The position numbers and the translations under genes are program-made. 40,537 nucleotides of DNA, from positions 1-40,537 of the forward strand of contig CALKOM010000113.1 of assembly GCA_938091905.1 (NCBI GenBank), given 5' to 3'. Under the pieces are notes generated by a model. It searched no databases. It worked only from the letters and a program-made list of their open reading frames with translations, and was not told the origin of the DNA. Below are positions 7,222 to 17,951 of this stretch, piece after piece (positions within the stretch are counted from its first letter, which is position 1; each line of letters opens with the position of its first letter). Origin of the DNA: an uncultured Verrucomicrobiales bacterium (lineage in GTDB: Bacteria; Verrucomicrobiota; Verrucomicrobiia; Verrucomicrobiales; DEV007).

Positions 7222-9765
7222 CTAACTACCGGCCGTTGACTCGGGCTCTTTCATTGACTCTGATGGAACCCGCGATTCAATGGCCTCAATCGCATTTAAA
7301 ATGCGACCGTCATCAGGTCGCTTTGCCGCAATTCCGGCCAGAATGGCCTGCGCCTTTCTAAAAGCCGCGGCCGCCTCATCAGCGTTCCCCGCCGCCTCAA
7401 GGGCATGCCCATAGCCCGACATCATCGACGCCCTGCGCAAATGATAAACGTGATCAGGCACTCCCGCTTGAAACCCACTATCATCAATCTCTTGGAATAG
7501 AGCTTCGGCCGCTTTCATCTTGCCCAAAGCATCGCTCGCCTTGCGTGCATCCAAGAGGAAATCACCTTCGCGCACCGTAATCATCGCAAGCTGGAGAGTG
7601 ACGTCCGAATCTTTCGGTTTCGATTTGTGCAACTCTGTTAATATCGCTAACGATTCAACTAATAACGTGTTCGCTTCTTCACGCTCGCCCGCATCTCTCT
7701 TCATCTCGGCCATATCGGCAAACACCAAGGCCAGGTAAAACTGATAGTCTTGATTCGCTTCGTCTTTCTCAAGGAGAAGCTTCAACAATTCGTACATCGA
7801 GTTTCGCGCGAGCGCAGCCTCTTCTTGGTCACCTTTTACCTGGAATGAAAGTTCGCCCAGATAGTAGAGGCACTTGGCGAGCTGAAACCGGTATTCCGGC
7901 ACCTGAGGCTTCTGACTCATAAGGCGCGAATAGCCCTGACTCGCCAATTGGAACGCTTCGAATGCCTCGATCCCCTTTCCCTCCCACACCTTAATGAGAC
8001 CCACCTCATACTGACAAAGCGCCAGATAATACTCATCTTCCTCCCGCGCAGCACTGCTCTGCGCCAAGGACTCTAATACTTGCATTGAACTCTGCTGGCT
8101 CTTAAGCGCCTTGATTAGATCGCCCGCCCGCGATAGCTGTTGGCCGTAAAGAAAAAGGCTCCGCCCGAACTTTCGTTTCAGGTCCATGTTCTTCCCGTCA
8201 CTAGTCGCAAGGCGATTGTAAACCTTCACACTTTCCTGAAGAGATTGCAGCGCTCCAGTCAGCATTCCTGCTGCCATCTTGGATTTCCCAGTTTCCAAAA
8301 GTGCTGCAGCCAACGTCTCTTGAACCTGATTGAGCTGCTTGAGATTCTCTGGAAGCGTCTGGATCTCTCCAACCAATGATCCCAACTTCGAAGTCACAGA
8401 TTGCTGTTGGCCAAGCTGAGCCTCGATCCGCGCCAGCCCAAGCTGAGCACGCAGTCTCTCTACGACAAGGTCAGAATCACCTTCCGTCGCTCTCAATACG
8501 CGCTCGTAGTGCTGGCTAGCCGAGACCAAGTAACCGTCAATCGACTGGTAGCCAGGCGAACTCGGACTCCTTGCATTGAGTAGAAATTCCAGGAAGGCAT
8601 CAGCCGTTTCTTGAGAATAGGTTAGGTTACTCTTGAACCTTTCCGCCTCGAGCTTGGCCTCCATCGCATTTCCTTGAGCCTCGCCGACCTCACTCGTAAT
8701 CCGCTCCTCCAAGTTGCTGATTTCTTGACGCCGCTTTGTAAGACGCGCTTCCGAAGTGACATTCAGCAAGACAGAGACAATCAGGCAGCCCAGCAAGCCA
8801 ATCGCCGCCTTGCGAAAGAGGCCCATCCGTTTGCGAGCTTCGATAGAAGTTTCCGTTAACACGCGCTCCCGTTCCTGAGAATCTTTCCGCTCAATGCTGA
8901 GCTTCTCGTCGCGGTCAATACGCGCGAAGTGATCAAGCACTTCGCGCATGTCACTGTAACGATCACTGGGATCGAGCATCAGGCATTTCTCCAGGAGACG
9001 CTGGCGCTGATCTTCGAACCCATCGCGGGTCCCCGGCCACTGGATCTCCGGCTGCTGGGAAATCACATCCGCCAAGGCCATTGGATGGAAAGCAACCGCC
9101 CCTTTACGCATCTGCGATATCCAACGCTGCCCTCGAGGGAACTGCTTGTAGAGCAATCGATAAGCCGTCGCGCCGAAGGCGTAAACATCCCAGCGCTGGC
9201 TCTGCCCTTCGAACATCTCTTGTGGCTTCCGAAGCTGCTCAGGTGGCGCATAGAGAAAGCTTTCGCTGAAATCAATGTGCGTGACCTCGGCCAGCCAACC
9301 CTGGGCATAGTCCGTCAGCTTGATCTCGGACGTGTCAGGATTTGCCACCATGACATTTCCCGGATTCACACTGCAATGGACGACCCCATGCTTGTGAAGA
9401 TGGCCAAGGCCCTCAGCGATCTGGCGAACGATGGCCCACGCGAGGTCGGGATCCATTCCGCCACACTGCGATCCTAGACTGAAACCGGAGACCTTCCCGT
9501 TTGCTTCGTGCGCGTGGAGACTTGTGGCGATATAGACCGGTCGCCCATCCATGGCGAATCCATAGGTCTTGACCAGATTGGGGTGCGTCGGTAGACGCTG
9601 CAAACGGCTCAGGCTGTAGCCAATAAGCTTTCGGTTAATCGCCAGGCGTTTGAGAACCTTGATGGCAACGTCTTGGTCTCCCCGCTTTCCGGCGAAGACT
9701 TGGCCAGTTGCACCTTCGCCTAGCAACTCGCCATATTCGTAATCCTTGATCGGTTCCAAACTCAT
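7222..9765 (-). CDS. Hanks-type Ser/Thr kinase-like protein (probable pseudokinase) with TM helix and TPR-like C-terminus
   Basis: LGEGATGQV, VAIK, YAPPEQ and DVYAFG present; HRD loop reads HCSVNPGN and DFG reads DYA; TM AAIGLLGCLIVSVLL; helical repeats. Confidence 0.85.
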   Translation of the reverse strand: MSLEPIKDYEYGELLGEGATGQVFAGKRGDQDVAIKVLKRLAINRKLIGYSLSRLQRLPTHPNLVKTYGFAMDGRPVYIATSLHAHEANGKVSGFSLGSQCGGMDPDLAWAIVRQIAEGLGHLHKHGVVHCSVNPGNVMVANPDTSEIKLTDYAQGWLAEVTHIDFSESFLYAPPEQLRKPQEMFEGQSQRWDVYAFGATAYRLLYKQFPRGQRWISQMRKGAVAFHPMALADVISQQPEIQWPGTRDGFEDQRQRLLEKCLMLDPSDRYSDMREVLDHFARIDRDEKLSIERKDSQERERVLTETSIEARKRMGLFRKAAIGLLGCLIVSVLLNVTSEARLTKRRQEISNLEERITSEVGEAQGNAMEAKLEAERFKSNLTYSQETADAFLEFLLNARSPSSPGYQSIDGYLVSASQHYERVLRATEGDSDLVVERLRAQLGLARIEAQLGQQQSVTSKLGSLVGEIQTLPENLKQLNQVQETLAAALLETGKSKMAAGMLTGALQSLQESVKVYNRLATSDGKNMDLKRKFGRSLFLYGQQLSRAGDLIKALKSQQSSMQVLESLAQSSAAREEDEYYLALCQYEVGLIKVWEGKGIEAFEAFQLASQGYSRLMSQKPQVPEYRFQLAKCLYYLGELSFQVKGDQEEAALARNSMYELLKLLLEKDEANQDYQFYLALVFADMAEMKRDAGEREEANTLLVESLAILTELHKSKPKDSDVTLQLAMITVREGDFLLDARKASDALGKMKAAEALFQEIDDSGFQAGVPDHVYHLRRASMMSGYGHALEAAGNADEAAAAFRKAQAILAGIAAKRPDDGRILNAIEAIESRVPSESMKEPESTAGS

Positions 9766-9889
9766 AGGAGGGCGGTTCAGGCTATCTCTGAGAGTGATTT
9801 TAAAATGTTAACTAAACTTAGTGCCCACTCCCAAGCCTCGGCAAGGATTCAATCTTTAGCTAATTATCCCCTGTGCAAATCATTTGTGC

Positions 9890-10513
9890 TCACGGTCTCG
9901 ACCCGCGCACGAATGGATTCATACGCTTCTCCGCACCAATGGTTGTTGGCTGCCCGTGCCCAGAAAGAACGGCGATTTCGTCATCCAGCTCGTAGAGTTT
10001 CTCTCGAATCCCCTTCAAAAGCAGCTTGCCGTCGCCTCCAGGCAGGTCTGAGCGACCAATCCCTCCCTGCATGAGGACATCACCGCCAAAGGCAGTCGGA
10101 GAGCGTTCGGGGAGAAACACGACGCTGTCAGGCGAGTGACCCGGAACGTGAAGGATCTCAAATGTGAGACCTCCAAAGCTCATCGGTAGCCCCTCTTCGA
10201 CCAAATGATCCACCATGTAAGGCTGAATCGCCATGGGGCCAAACGAGCCCAACATCGCTTCTAAAGTGAGCTCTGGGGTCGGCTGGGCAAAGGCATACGT
10301 TGGAATGGACCACCGTTCCTGAACCTGCGCGGCATCGAGCACGTGGTCGAAATGGGCGTGGGTAAGCAGAAGCGCATTGGGGGTAAATCCAGTCGATTCC
10401 AGCCAGTCCGCCACGCCTTCTGGGGCATCCACGAGGAAGGATGTCTCTTCTGTTTTGCAAGCATAGCCGTTCGTAGCAGCGATACCACCTGTGAAATATT
10501 CGATCTCTAACAT
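9890..10513 (-). CDS. MBL-fold metallo-hydrolase (glyoxalase II-like)
   Basis: THAHFDH, PGHSPDS, GDVL, IGRSDLPGG, GHG, TIGAEKRMNPF. Confidence 0.9.
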   Translation of the reverse strand: MLEIEYFTGGIAATNGYACKTEETSFLVDAPEGVADWLESTGFTPNALLLTHAHFDHVLDAAQVQERWSIPTYAFAQPTPELTLEAMLGSFGPMAIQPYMVDHLVEEGLPMSFGGLTFEILHVPGHSPDSVVFLPERSPTAFGGDVLMQGGIGRSDLPGGDGKLLLKGIREKLYELDDEIAVLSGHGQPTTIGAEKRMNPFVRGSRP

Positions 10514-10609
10514 CGGGAATTAAGTCTTGGAAGGGATGGACTTTTCAAGGTTACTGGAAGAGAGTTTCGTGCAGTGGCAAGCTCTTAAAACACCCGCCAA
10601 ACCTACCGT

Positions 10610-12904
10610 ATGACTACCCCCTGGAAATCCGCTCTTATCCTCACTCTACTAGGAGCTTTCACCTTTTCTTTCCCTTCCAGCAGCCGTGCTGAAACGGACT
10701 TCGGAGATGTTGCCTTTCGCGTTGCCTTGATGCTTCGCAATCGGCATTACACACGGACAGAATTTGATGATGCCATGTCGAAGCGAGTCTTCGACAACTA
10801 CATGCAGTATCTCGATTTCAATCGGATGTACTTCACCCAGCAAGATGTCGATGGGTTCCGCGAGAAATTCGAAAAGAGCCTCGATGATGTCGTCTTCGAC
10901 GTGAACATCGAGCCTGCTCATGAAATGTTTGCCCTACGTCTCAAGCGAGTGGAGGAACGCGTCGCCAAGATAGAAAAAGAACTCACTGAGGGTGAGTTCA
11001 CGTTTAAAACAGATCGCAAGGTCACCCAGGCTCGGAAAGAATCGCCCTGGCCGAAAGACATGGCGGAAGCCGACCAGCTTTGGCACGACGTCCTCGAGGC
11101 TGAACTTTTAGCAGAACAACTACGCGTCGAGGGCATTGAGAAAACTGAAGCTGAGAGGATTGCCGAAGGTAAAGACCCCACAGTGGAAGAGAAGACGGCG
11201 GAGGACGACAAAGAGGAAACCCCCAAAGAGAAGATCCTCACTCGTTACACACGTTACTTAGAAAGTGTGAAGCAGGAGGACACGGAAGACGTCGCCAACC
11301 TCTTCCTCACGGCACTCGCCACGGCTTACGACCCGCACTCCGAATATTTCTCCCAGTCGGAACTCGATAGCTTCCAGACAAACATGAAGAAAAAGCTCCA
11401 AGGTATTGGCGCCCTTCTCAGCATGAAAGATAATCGCTCTGCCGAGATTCAAGGAATCGTCGTTGGTGGTCCAGCGGACAAGTCAGGCGAACTCGAGGTG
11501 GGTGATCGCATCGTAGCCGTGGGCCAGGGTGAGGACGACGAAATGGTCGATATCACCTACATGAAGCTTCAAAAGATCGTCGACATGATACGTGGCGAGG
11601 TAGGGACAAAGGTTCGGCTCAAGGTGATTCCTGCAGCAGCTGATGATGAGTCTCAGACAGAAGTCATCCACATCATTCGTGATGAAGTGAAGCTAAAAGA
11701 CAAATTAGCCACAGCCGAGTTGATCGAGATGAAAAGTGAGGATGGCGATGGTCTACGTGTCGGTTGGATCAATCTCCCCTCTTTCTACGCGGACATGGAA
11801 GGCGGCTCTACTAGCATGACAGCAGATGTCATTAGGTTGCTAGACCGATTAAAAAAAGAAGGCATTGATGGACTCGTCGTCGATGTTCGCGGGAACGGTG
11901 GGGGCTCTCTCGAAGAGGCGATCAAGATGACCGGGCTCTTCGTTGAACGTGGTCCGATCGTTCAGTCGAAAGATTTTCAAGGACAAATGGAGCCTCGTTA
12001 CTCACGTCGCGCGGAGCCAGTCTATGATGGCCCTCTCATGATCCTTCAAGATCGTATTAGCGCGTCCGCTAGTGAAATTCTTGCTGCCGCGCTCCAAGAC
12101 TACAAACGCGCACTAGTCGTCGGTGGCAATAGCTTCGGCAAAGGCACCGTACAAACAATCTATCCAGTGTCCAAGCGCCTCCCATTCTTTGCTGACAAAA
12201 GCCGTGCTGGTGCAGTTAAAGTCACCATCCAGAAGTTCTACCGCATCTCAGGTGGCTCCACCCAGGAAAAAGGTGTGGCTTCCGATGTCTCTCTTCCATC
12301 AATTTACGATGTGCTTGAGCGTGGCGAGTCTTCTCTCAAGTTTCCTCTCGAATGGGATGAGGTGAAGAAGCTTCGCTACAAAGAGTGGGAAGACGGCGAT
12401 TTCCCAGTGGCCGAGTTGAATCAACGTTCCGCTAAGCGAGTCGAAGAGGACGTGGATTTCAAAATCTTGCGGGAGGACATGGATCGCTTGAAGAAGCAAC
12501 TCGATGAGAACTCCATTTCTCTCAACATCGAAGAACGCCGTATTGAAAACGAGAAGACTCGTGAGCGAACAAAGGCCCGCAATGAACTGCGAAAGAAAGA
12601 GTATGCCGCGATCGAGAAACAACAGAGTGATGCTGTGAATCTTTACAAGCTCACCCTCGACAACGTCGACAATGAGGGCCTTACCCTTGCCTCAGATTTT
12701 TCGGATGAAGACAACACCGGGTTCCGTCTCGGAGATAAAGAAGAGGAGGAGAGGGACGAAGATGCTGCTCCCGAGTATCCTTTCGGTATGGACCCAATGA
12801 AACGCGAAGCGTTGCACATCATGGACGACTTTATCGGCCTGAAGAAGTCTCCAACCACGGCAAGCATCGACCGGAAGAACCCGGAAGAACCCGTAGAAAA
12901 CTAA
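10610..12904 (+). CDS. prc: Carboxy-terminal processing protease (Prc/Tsp, S41A)
   Basis: Signal peptide, YDPHSEY, PDZ GIGA, DVRGNGGGSL, SASASEI, FGKGTVQ, KFYRISGGSTQ. Confidence 0.92.
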   Translation: MTTPWKSALILTLLGAFTFSFPSSSRAETDFGDVAFRVALMLRNRHYTRTEFDDAMSKRVFDNYMQYLDFNRMYFTQQDVDGFREKFEKSLDDVVFDVNIEPAHEMFALRLKRVEERVAKIEKELTEGEFTFKTDRKVTQARKESPWPKDMAEADQLWHDVLEAELLAEQLRVEGIEKTEAERIAEGKDPTVEEKTAEDDKEETPKEKILTRYTRYLESVKQEDTEDVANLFLTALATAYDPHSEYFSQSELDSFQTNMKKKLQGIGALLSMKDNRSAEIQGIVVGGPADKSGELEVGDRIVAVGQGEDDEMVDITYMKLQKIVDMIRGEVGTKVRLKVIPAAADDESQTEVIHIIRDEVKLKDKLATAELIEMKSEDGDGLRVGWINLPSFYADMEGGSTSMTADVIRLLDRLKKEGIDGLVVDVRGNGGGSLEEAIKMTGLFVERGPIVQSKDFQGQMEPRYSRRAEPVYDGPLMILQDRISASASEILAAALQDYKRALVVGGNSFGKGTVQTIYPVSKRLPFFADKSRAGAVKVTIQKFYRISGGSTQEKGVASDVSLPSIYDVLERGESSLKFPLEWDEVKKLRYKEWEDGDFPVAELNQRSAKRVEEDVDFKILREDMDRLKKQLDENSISLNIEERRIENEKTRERTKARNELRKKEYAAIEKQQSDAVNLYKLTLDNVDNEGLTLASDFSDEDNTGFRLGDKEEEERDEDAAPEYPFGMDPMKREALHIMDDFIGLKKSPTTASIDRKNPEEPVEN

Positions 12905-12935
12905 GTCGGCGGTAGCCCTTAGACACGCAGGCTAG

Positions 12936-15431
12936 ATGTCTGCGCCCCACTCTGTGGAACTTCTATTCCAGAAGCTAACGCTTCCTGATCTTTGGCAACA
13001 AGAAGCCGTCCGTGCACTGAGGGGCGGTAAAGACGTCATCGTGGATGCACCGACCGGTGCCGGGAAGACCATGGTGTTCGAGCTCTTCGTCGAAGATCCC
13101 GCTTGGACCAATTCGAATCGGCAAGCAGTCTTCACCGTTCCCACCCGCGCCCTCGCCAACGACAAATGGGCGCAATGGAAAGATCAAGGCTGGGATGTCG
13201 GCATTGCCACGGGCGACCTCGCAGTAAACACAAAGGCACCGATCGTCGTCGCCACGCTGGAGACACAACGCGAACGTTTCCTCCACGGCGAAGGCCCTGC
13301 ACTCCTAATCGTCGATGAGTATCAGATGATCTCGGATCCCGCTCGTGGCGTACATTATGAACTCATCCTTACACTAACGCCACCGAATTGTCAGCTGCTC
13401 TTGCTCAGCGGAAGCGTTGGCAATCCCGAGCGCATTGCGGAATGGCTTCGTTCCCATGAGCGACAGGTTTCGCTCATCACCACACGAGATCGCCCTGTCC
13501 CCCTTGACGATGTCCACCTCCTTGGACTTCCCTATCAAGCACCAAAGTCAATCAAGACCTTCTGGCCAAGGCTCGCTATCGAAACACTTTTGGCTGACAT
13601 GGGCCCCCTCTTGATCTTTGTTCCGCATCGGAAAGGCGCAGAGAACGTCGCTCGCCAAATTGCGGAAGCATTGCCATTACAAGACCCGTTAGAGCTAACG
13701 AGCGCGCAGCAACAGCTCGCCGGGAAGGAACTCCAGAAGATGTTGACACGCCGCGTGTGTTATCATCACAGCGGCCTCCACTACGAGCTTCGTGCTAGTT
13801 TGTTAGAGCCCTTGGCCCGTCATGGACAACTCCGCGTCATCGTGGCGACCATGGGACTAGCGGCCGGTATTAATTTCTCTGTTCGATCTGTCTTTGTCGC
13901 TGAATCAACTTACAACGACGGCCCGTTCCTTCACCAACTACAGCCAGACGAACTCCTCCAGATGTTTGGGCGGGCCGGACGTCGAGGGAAAGACACTGCA
14001 GGTTTTGTCATTCATGGAGACAAGAACCCGCGTTTGGCAAACGCCCGAGCCAACGATGTGCATCGCGCCAACGAAATCGATTGGCCAACACTCATCCGTA
14101 TCATGCACCTCGCAGCAGAAAAGGGTGATGCCCCCTTCCAGGCAGCCGAAGCCTTCTGCAAACGACTCTTCAGCACACAACCTATCCTTCTAGGAACAGA
14201 AACGTCGAAAGCGCCCGCTCCATTAGTTCCTAACACAGCCTATCAATCCCCCAAGAGCTTCGGTTTAGGTGCCACTCGGAGAGAAATTCTCAACAGCGAA
14301 GGAGTTTGGGAAGCCTTTGAGAAGAAGCAGCAGGGTACAACCTCGCTTGGCAACGTGCAAGTCTATCAAAAGAAGCAATGGCGCCCGGCCAACACCGTCT
14401 TCGACGTCATTGCCAAACGCACACAGCTAGGACGCACACGGAAGGCTCCCGACAAGGACCATCTAATCAAAGAGATCGTCCTCGCCAGCCGTAAGGATAC
14501 CGAGAGCCCTTGGAGACCGGCCAAGAGCGTTGCACGGAAGCTACCCAAAAGCCTGCGCAATGCCTTTACCGACGAGTTCACTGCCGTGCCTAAAATCCTA
14601 GAAGCCTTGATTGAGCCGTTGGCAGGCGGAGAGATCTCGCGCACCTGGCTTCATGGAAATCAGTTGCTAGCAGAAGCTCATTTCAACAACGTGCTCGTTT
14701 CCGCTTATCAAGAGCGTTCCGGTGCCTGGCTAATCAAGCCGAAAGAAAGAGTGAGCGATGTTTCTGAAGCAACCGATATCGTTTCCGAAGGTAAACCAAC
14801 AACATACGAACCCCCTCAAGACAGCCCGGTCCACGCCTGGCGCTCCTTGGGGTTGATCCAAGCGGACGGCACGCCCACTCGGCGCGGCGTTCTCTTCAGC
14901 TTCTTTTATCATGGAGAAGGCCTGGCCATCGCCGCAGGCTTAGAATCCGATCACTACCCGGTAGAAGACCTACTCTGGCACTTGGCAAATCTAAGGAGTG
15001 GTCATCGTTTTAAGTCCCTGGAAGGCACCGATAGCGAACGACTGACTATCATTTGTCGACAAACCTACGGCCCAGTCAATCATCCTAGTTATCTCCGCCT
15101 AGGAGTCCCCATTCAGTATGGCGAAGGCGCAGCCGAGCTCGTCCGCAATTTCTTCGATGGGAAACGAACCATAGCCAAAGGCGAAGATGACTTCGGCAAA
15201 GGTGACCTTGAAAGAGCCCTTCATGAATGGATAAGTTTGCTCCGCCAAGTCTGCCAAGCTCCCGACTACCCATGGGCTCGCTGGCAGGAATTCCAGAAGA
15301 CAGCGAGTGTGTTCCTGGATAAAGCCAATGAGAGAGTACGTCCCTTCACGATAACCAATTCTACCCTATCAGGCTCACAAGCTCAGCCTTTCACGAGACA
15401 TGGCCTCAGGCCTCACCACCTGAGACGCTGA
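12936..15431 (+). CDS. Ski2-like SF2 helicase
   Basis: APTGAGKT, PTRALANDK, DEYQ, LLLSG, RPVPL, HHSGL, GINFS, QMFGRAGRRG. Confidence 0.88.
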   Translation: MSAPHSVELLFQKLTLPDLWQQEAVRALRGGKDVIVDAPTGAGKTMVFELFVEDPAWTNSNRQAVFTVPTRALANDKWAQWKDQGWDVGIATGDLAVNTKAPIVVATLETQRERFLHGEGPALLIVDEYQMISDPARGVHYELILTLTPPNCQLLLLSGSVGNPERIAEWLRSHERQVSLITTRDRPVPLDDVHLLGLPYQAPKSIKTFWPRLAIETLLADMGPLLIFVPHRKGAENVARQIAEALPLQDPLELTSAQQQLAGKELQKMLTRRVCYHHSGLHYELRASLLEPLARHGQLRVIVATMGLAAGINFSVRSVFVAESTYNDGPFLHQLQPDELLQMFGRAGRRGKDTAGFVIHGDKNPRLANARANDVHRANEIDWPTLIRIMHLAAEKGDAPFQAAEAFCKRLFSTQPILLGTETSKAPAPLVPNTAYQSPKSFGLGATRREILNSEGVWEAFEKKQQGTTSLGNVQVYQKKQWRPANTVFDVIAKRTQLGRTRKAPDKDHLIKEIVLASRKDTESPWRPAKSVARKLPKSLRNAFTDEFTAVPKILEALIEPLAGGEISRTWLHGNQLLAEAHFNNVLVSAYQERSGAWLIKPKERVSDVSEATDIVSEGKPTTYEPPQDSPVHAWRSLGLIQADGTPTRRGVLFSFFYHGEGLAIAAGLESDHYPVEDLLWHLANLRSGHRFKSLEGTDSERLTIICRQTYGPVNHPSYLRLGVPIQYGEGAAELVRNFFDGKRTIAKGEDDFGKGDLERALHEWISLLRQVCQAPDYPWARWQEFQKTASVFLDKANERVRPFTITNSTLSGSQAQPFTRHGLRPHHLRR

Positions 15432-16093
15432 GGTCTCTCAGGCGGATCGTCCTTCACGAGCAGAAGATGCCCTGATTTATTGCGCGCGGCCTTCAGGTGC
15501 CCAAGGTGCTCGATCGAAGCCGGCGGCAAACAGGTCCACAGTTCCGCTTTCAAACTGGTTATAAAGACAGTGACACATCCACCATTCGGCAAACATCCCA
15601 TCACACTCAAGTCCTCTTTCGCCGCCATGGCCGACGACGGGCACTGCGTCGTGAGTTCTATCATCATTCCATAATTCGACTGCAGCGGCCTCTGATGTAG
15701 CCAAGCCAACAGACACAATGAAAACTCGCAAATAACCTGCACTTCACAATCCGGCTCGGCACGATCAAAACCCACAACTTCCATATCATCGAGGAATCGA
15801 TAAATCGGAAGAACGACATCGTTCGACACAGGGATCTTTAATGGCATGATTCCATCGATGCGTGTCGTCATCGGCCATGTCGTGATGTCCTCCATCACGA
15901 GCGGCTGAACCGGTATGTCAGGATCTAGCTCCGCCACCATGACTTCTGCCACCTGGCGCATGAATGATCCCACTGGGAGGTCGGTTCGGACGCCAATGAT
16001 AAACTCAACAAAGTCTTCCTGACAGAAACGCGATTCCAGTAGCGACTGCCAGCGAGCCCTCAACTGGGCAAAGCTAAGCTCTGGAGCAGCCAT
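15413..16093 (-). CDS. Hypothetical protein
   Basis: 226-aa ORF starting 6 nt after the HisJ-family gene on the same strand; no recognised motif. Confidence 0.65.
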   Translation of the reverse strand: MAAPELSFAQLRARWQSLLESRFCQEDFVEFIIGVRTDLPVGSFMRQVAEVMVAELDPDIPVQPLVMEDITTWPMTTRIDGIMPLKIPVSNDVVLPIYRFLDDMEVVGFDRAEPDCEVQVICEFSLCLLAWLHQRPLQSNYGMMIELTTQCPSSAMAAKEDLSVMGCLPNGGCVTVFITSLKAELWTCLPPASIEHLGHLKAARNKSGHLLLVKDDPPERPQRLRW

Positions 16094-16099
16094 AAGTGG

Positions 16100-16930
16100 T
16101 CAGTCCTGCAGACTGGCTAGAACGTCACGAATAGGCAGCGACTGCCGCCTCCGCTCGTGAAAGAACGAAACCTCTTCGTAGCCAGCATTCAGAAGGATAT
16201 CAAGAGCCATGTCAAACTGAGCACCCACGCGTTTCGGTTGATGCGAATCTGATCCTAACACGACCGGGATCTTACGCTCGGCCATGAGTTTGAGCATCTC
16301 TACGCCAGGATTCATTTCCGGTAGTGCCTTGTGAATCCCACTCGTGTTCAATTCCATGGCAACGCCTGTTTCTTGAATACGATCAAGGGTCTCAATAACA
16401 GTCTCCTCTACCGCCGCATGATTCCAGGTATCGGGAAATGCATTCTTAACCAAGTCTGGATGCGAAATAGAATCAAATAACCCACTCTCTGCTGTCTCTG
16501 CGAGATGTCGGAAATACCCACGCTGAAACTCCATGGCATCACCTTTCCAAAAGTCTTCTCGGTATTCCGGTATATGATAGTGGACAGACCCTAGAATGTA
16601 ATGGAACTCCGCCCGCTGATGGAGGTCTTTTAACCAATCTTCCATTCCGGGAAACCAATCACTTTCCATGCCCAACTTGACTTCGAAATCCGTATCCGAG
16701 AAAGCCTTAGTCGCACGCTGCACAAGGCTTACATAATCGTCAAACTGTGAGGGAGCCATTCGAACAGCGTGTGAGAACGCGTGGGGCATCGGACTGTGAC
16801 ATGTCATAATGATTCCTTTCAGTCCCCTTGCCTTCCCCACTTCGGCATACTCCTCCGGCTCACCCAAGGCATGTTTGCACAAAGGAGTATGCATATGTGA
16901 GTCGTAGAAGATCTGGCCGGGTGATGTCAT
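16100..16930 (-). CDS. Histidinol-phosphatase, PHP/HisJ family
   Basis: DSHMHTPLCKHA, LGSVH, SHPDLVK, ELNTSG, GSDSH; start placed at ATG 16930. Confidence 0.85.
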   Translation of the reverse strand: MTSPGQIFYDSHMHTPLCKHALGEPEEYAEVGKARGLKGIIMTCHSPMPHAFSHAVRMAPSQFDDYVSLVQRATKAFSDTDFEVKLGMESDWFPGMEDWLKDLHQRAEFHYILGSVHYHIPEYREDFWKGDAMEFQRGYFRHLAETAESGLFDSISHPDLVKNAFPDTWNHAAVEETVIETLDRIQETGVAMELNTSGIHKALPEMNPGVEMLKLMAERKIPVVLGSDSHQPKRVGAQFDMALDILLNAGYEEVSFFHERRRQSLPIRDVLASLQD

Positions 16931-17010
16931 TGTCGAGACCATAAGAACGTGCGCGGGAATAGAAACCGGAATTTCCCGTGAAATCCGCGAAATACGGCTT
17001 ACCAAGATTT

Positions 17011-17475
17011 ATGTCTAATCGTATCGAATCACGTCTTGCCGAACTCAATCTCGCCCTTCCGCCCGTTCCTGCGGCGGCCGGGAGTTACGAGCATGCCGTA
17101 ATCGATCATGGACTACTCCATGTCTCTGGCGGGCTTTCTTTTTCGGAGGCAAAGTCTTACAAAGGCAAGCTTGGTGTTGATGTCAGCACCGAAGAGGGCC
17201 AAGAAGCCGCTCGGATCTGCTTGCTCAATCGTCTCGCAGTGATCGATGACATGGTTGGCTCGCTCGACAATGTGGAACGTATCGTCAGTCTCCAAGGCTA
17301 TGTGCAGAGCGCTCCAGAATTCGTTGACCAGCCTGCCGTTATCAATGGTGCCTCCGAATTGGCAATCGAGATCTTTGGCGACGCCGGCCGCCACGCGAGA
17401 GTGGCTCTCGGAGCCGCAGCGCTCCCTCTAAACGCTGCCGTTGAGATCAGTTTGGTCGTCCGCATTCGCGCCTAA
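17011..17475 (+). CDS. RidA/YjgF family protein
   Basis: LHVSG, GKLG, FVDQPAVINGASEL, GRHARVALG, LPLNAAVEI; ATG 17011. Confidence 0.9.
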   Translation: MSNRIESRLAELNLALPPVPAAAGSYEHAVIDHGLLHVSGGLSFSEAKSYKGKLGVDVSTEEGQEAARICLLNRLAVIDDMVGSLDNVERIVSLQGYVQSAPEFVDQPAVINGASELAIEIFGDAGRHARVALGAAALPLNAAVEISLVVRIRA

Positions 17476-17526
17476 GAACCAATAGCCAGTTGACCCCATC
17501 TCACCTCTGAAGGATAACTTGTAGAC

Positions 17527-17910
17527 ATGAGCGAAGGACCAGATTTCGAGAAGATGCCCCTCATCCCCGTGATTGCCCAAGATTCGGCTTCGGGCGATGT
17601 ACTGATGTTGGCCTACATGAATGCAGAATCCTACGAAGAAACTCTCAAGACCGGCCATGTCTGCTACTTTAGCCGCAGCCGTCACAAACTTTGGCGCAAG
17701 GGAGAGGAGAGCGGCAACGTGCAGAAGCTCCATGGCCTCTACTTCGATTGCGACGCGGATACCATCCTGGTCAAGGTTGATCAAATTGGCGGTGCGGCCT
17801 GCCATACAGGCTTCAGGAGTTGCTTCTATCGCAAGGTCGATCCCGAAACCCGAGGGATCGCAGAGCAGGGCGAGCGCGTCTTCGATCCCAAAGTGGTTTA
17901 CGGCAAATAG
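17527..17910 (+). CDS. hisI: Phosphoribosyl-AMP cyclohydrolase
   Basis: VLMLAYMN, SRSR.KLWRKGEESG, DCDAD, ACHTG..SCF. Confidence 0.95.
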   Translation: MSEGPDFEKMPLIPVIAQDSASGDVLMLAYMNAESYEETLKTGHVCYFSRSRHKLWRKGEESGNVQKLHGLYFDCDADTILVKVDQIGGAACHTGFRSCFYRKVDPETRGIAEQGERVFDPKVVYGK

Positions 17911-17951
17911 ATCGCTTTCGTTTGACCGAGAAGCCGTGCTAGGCTTCGCCC

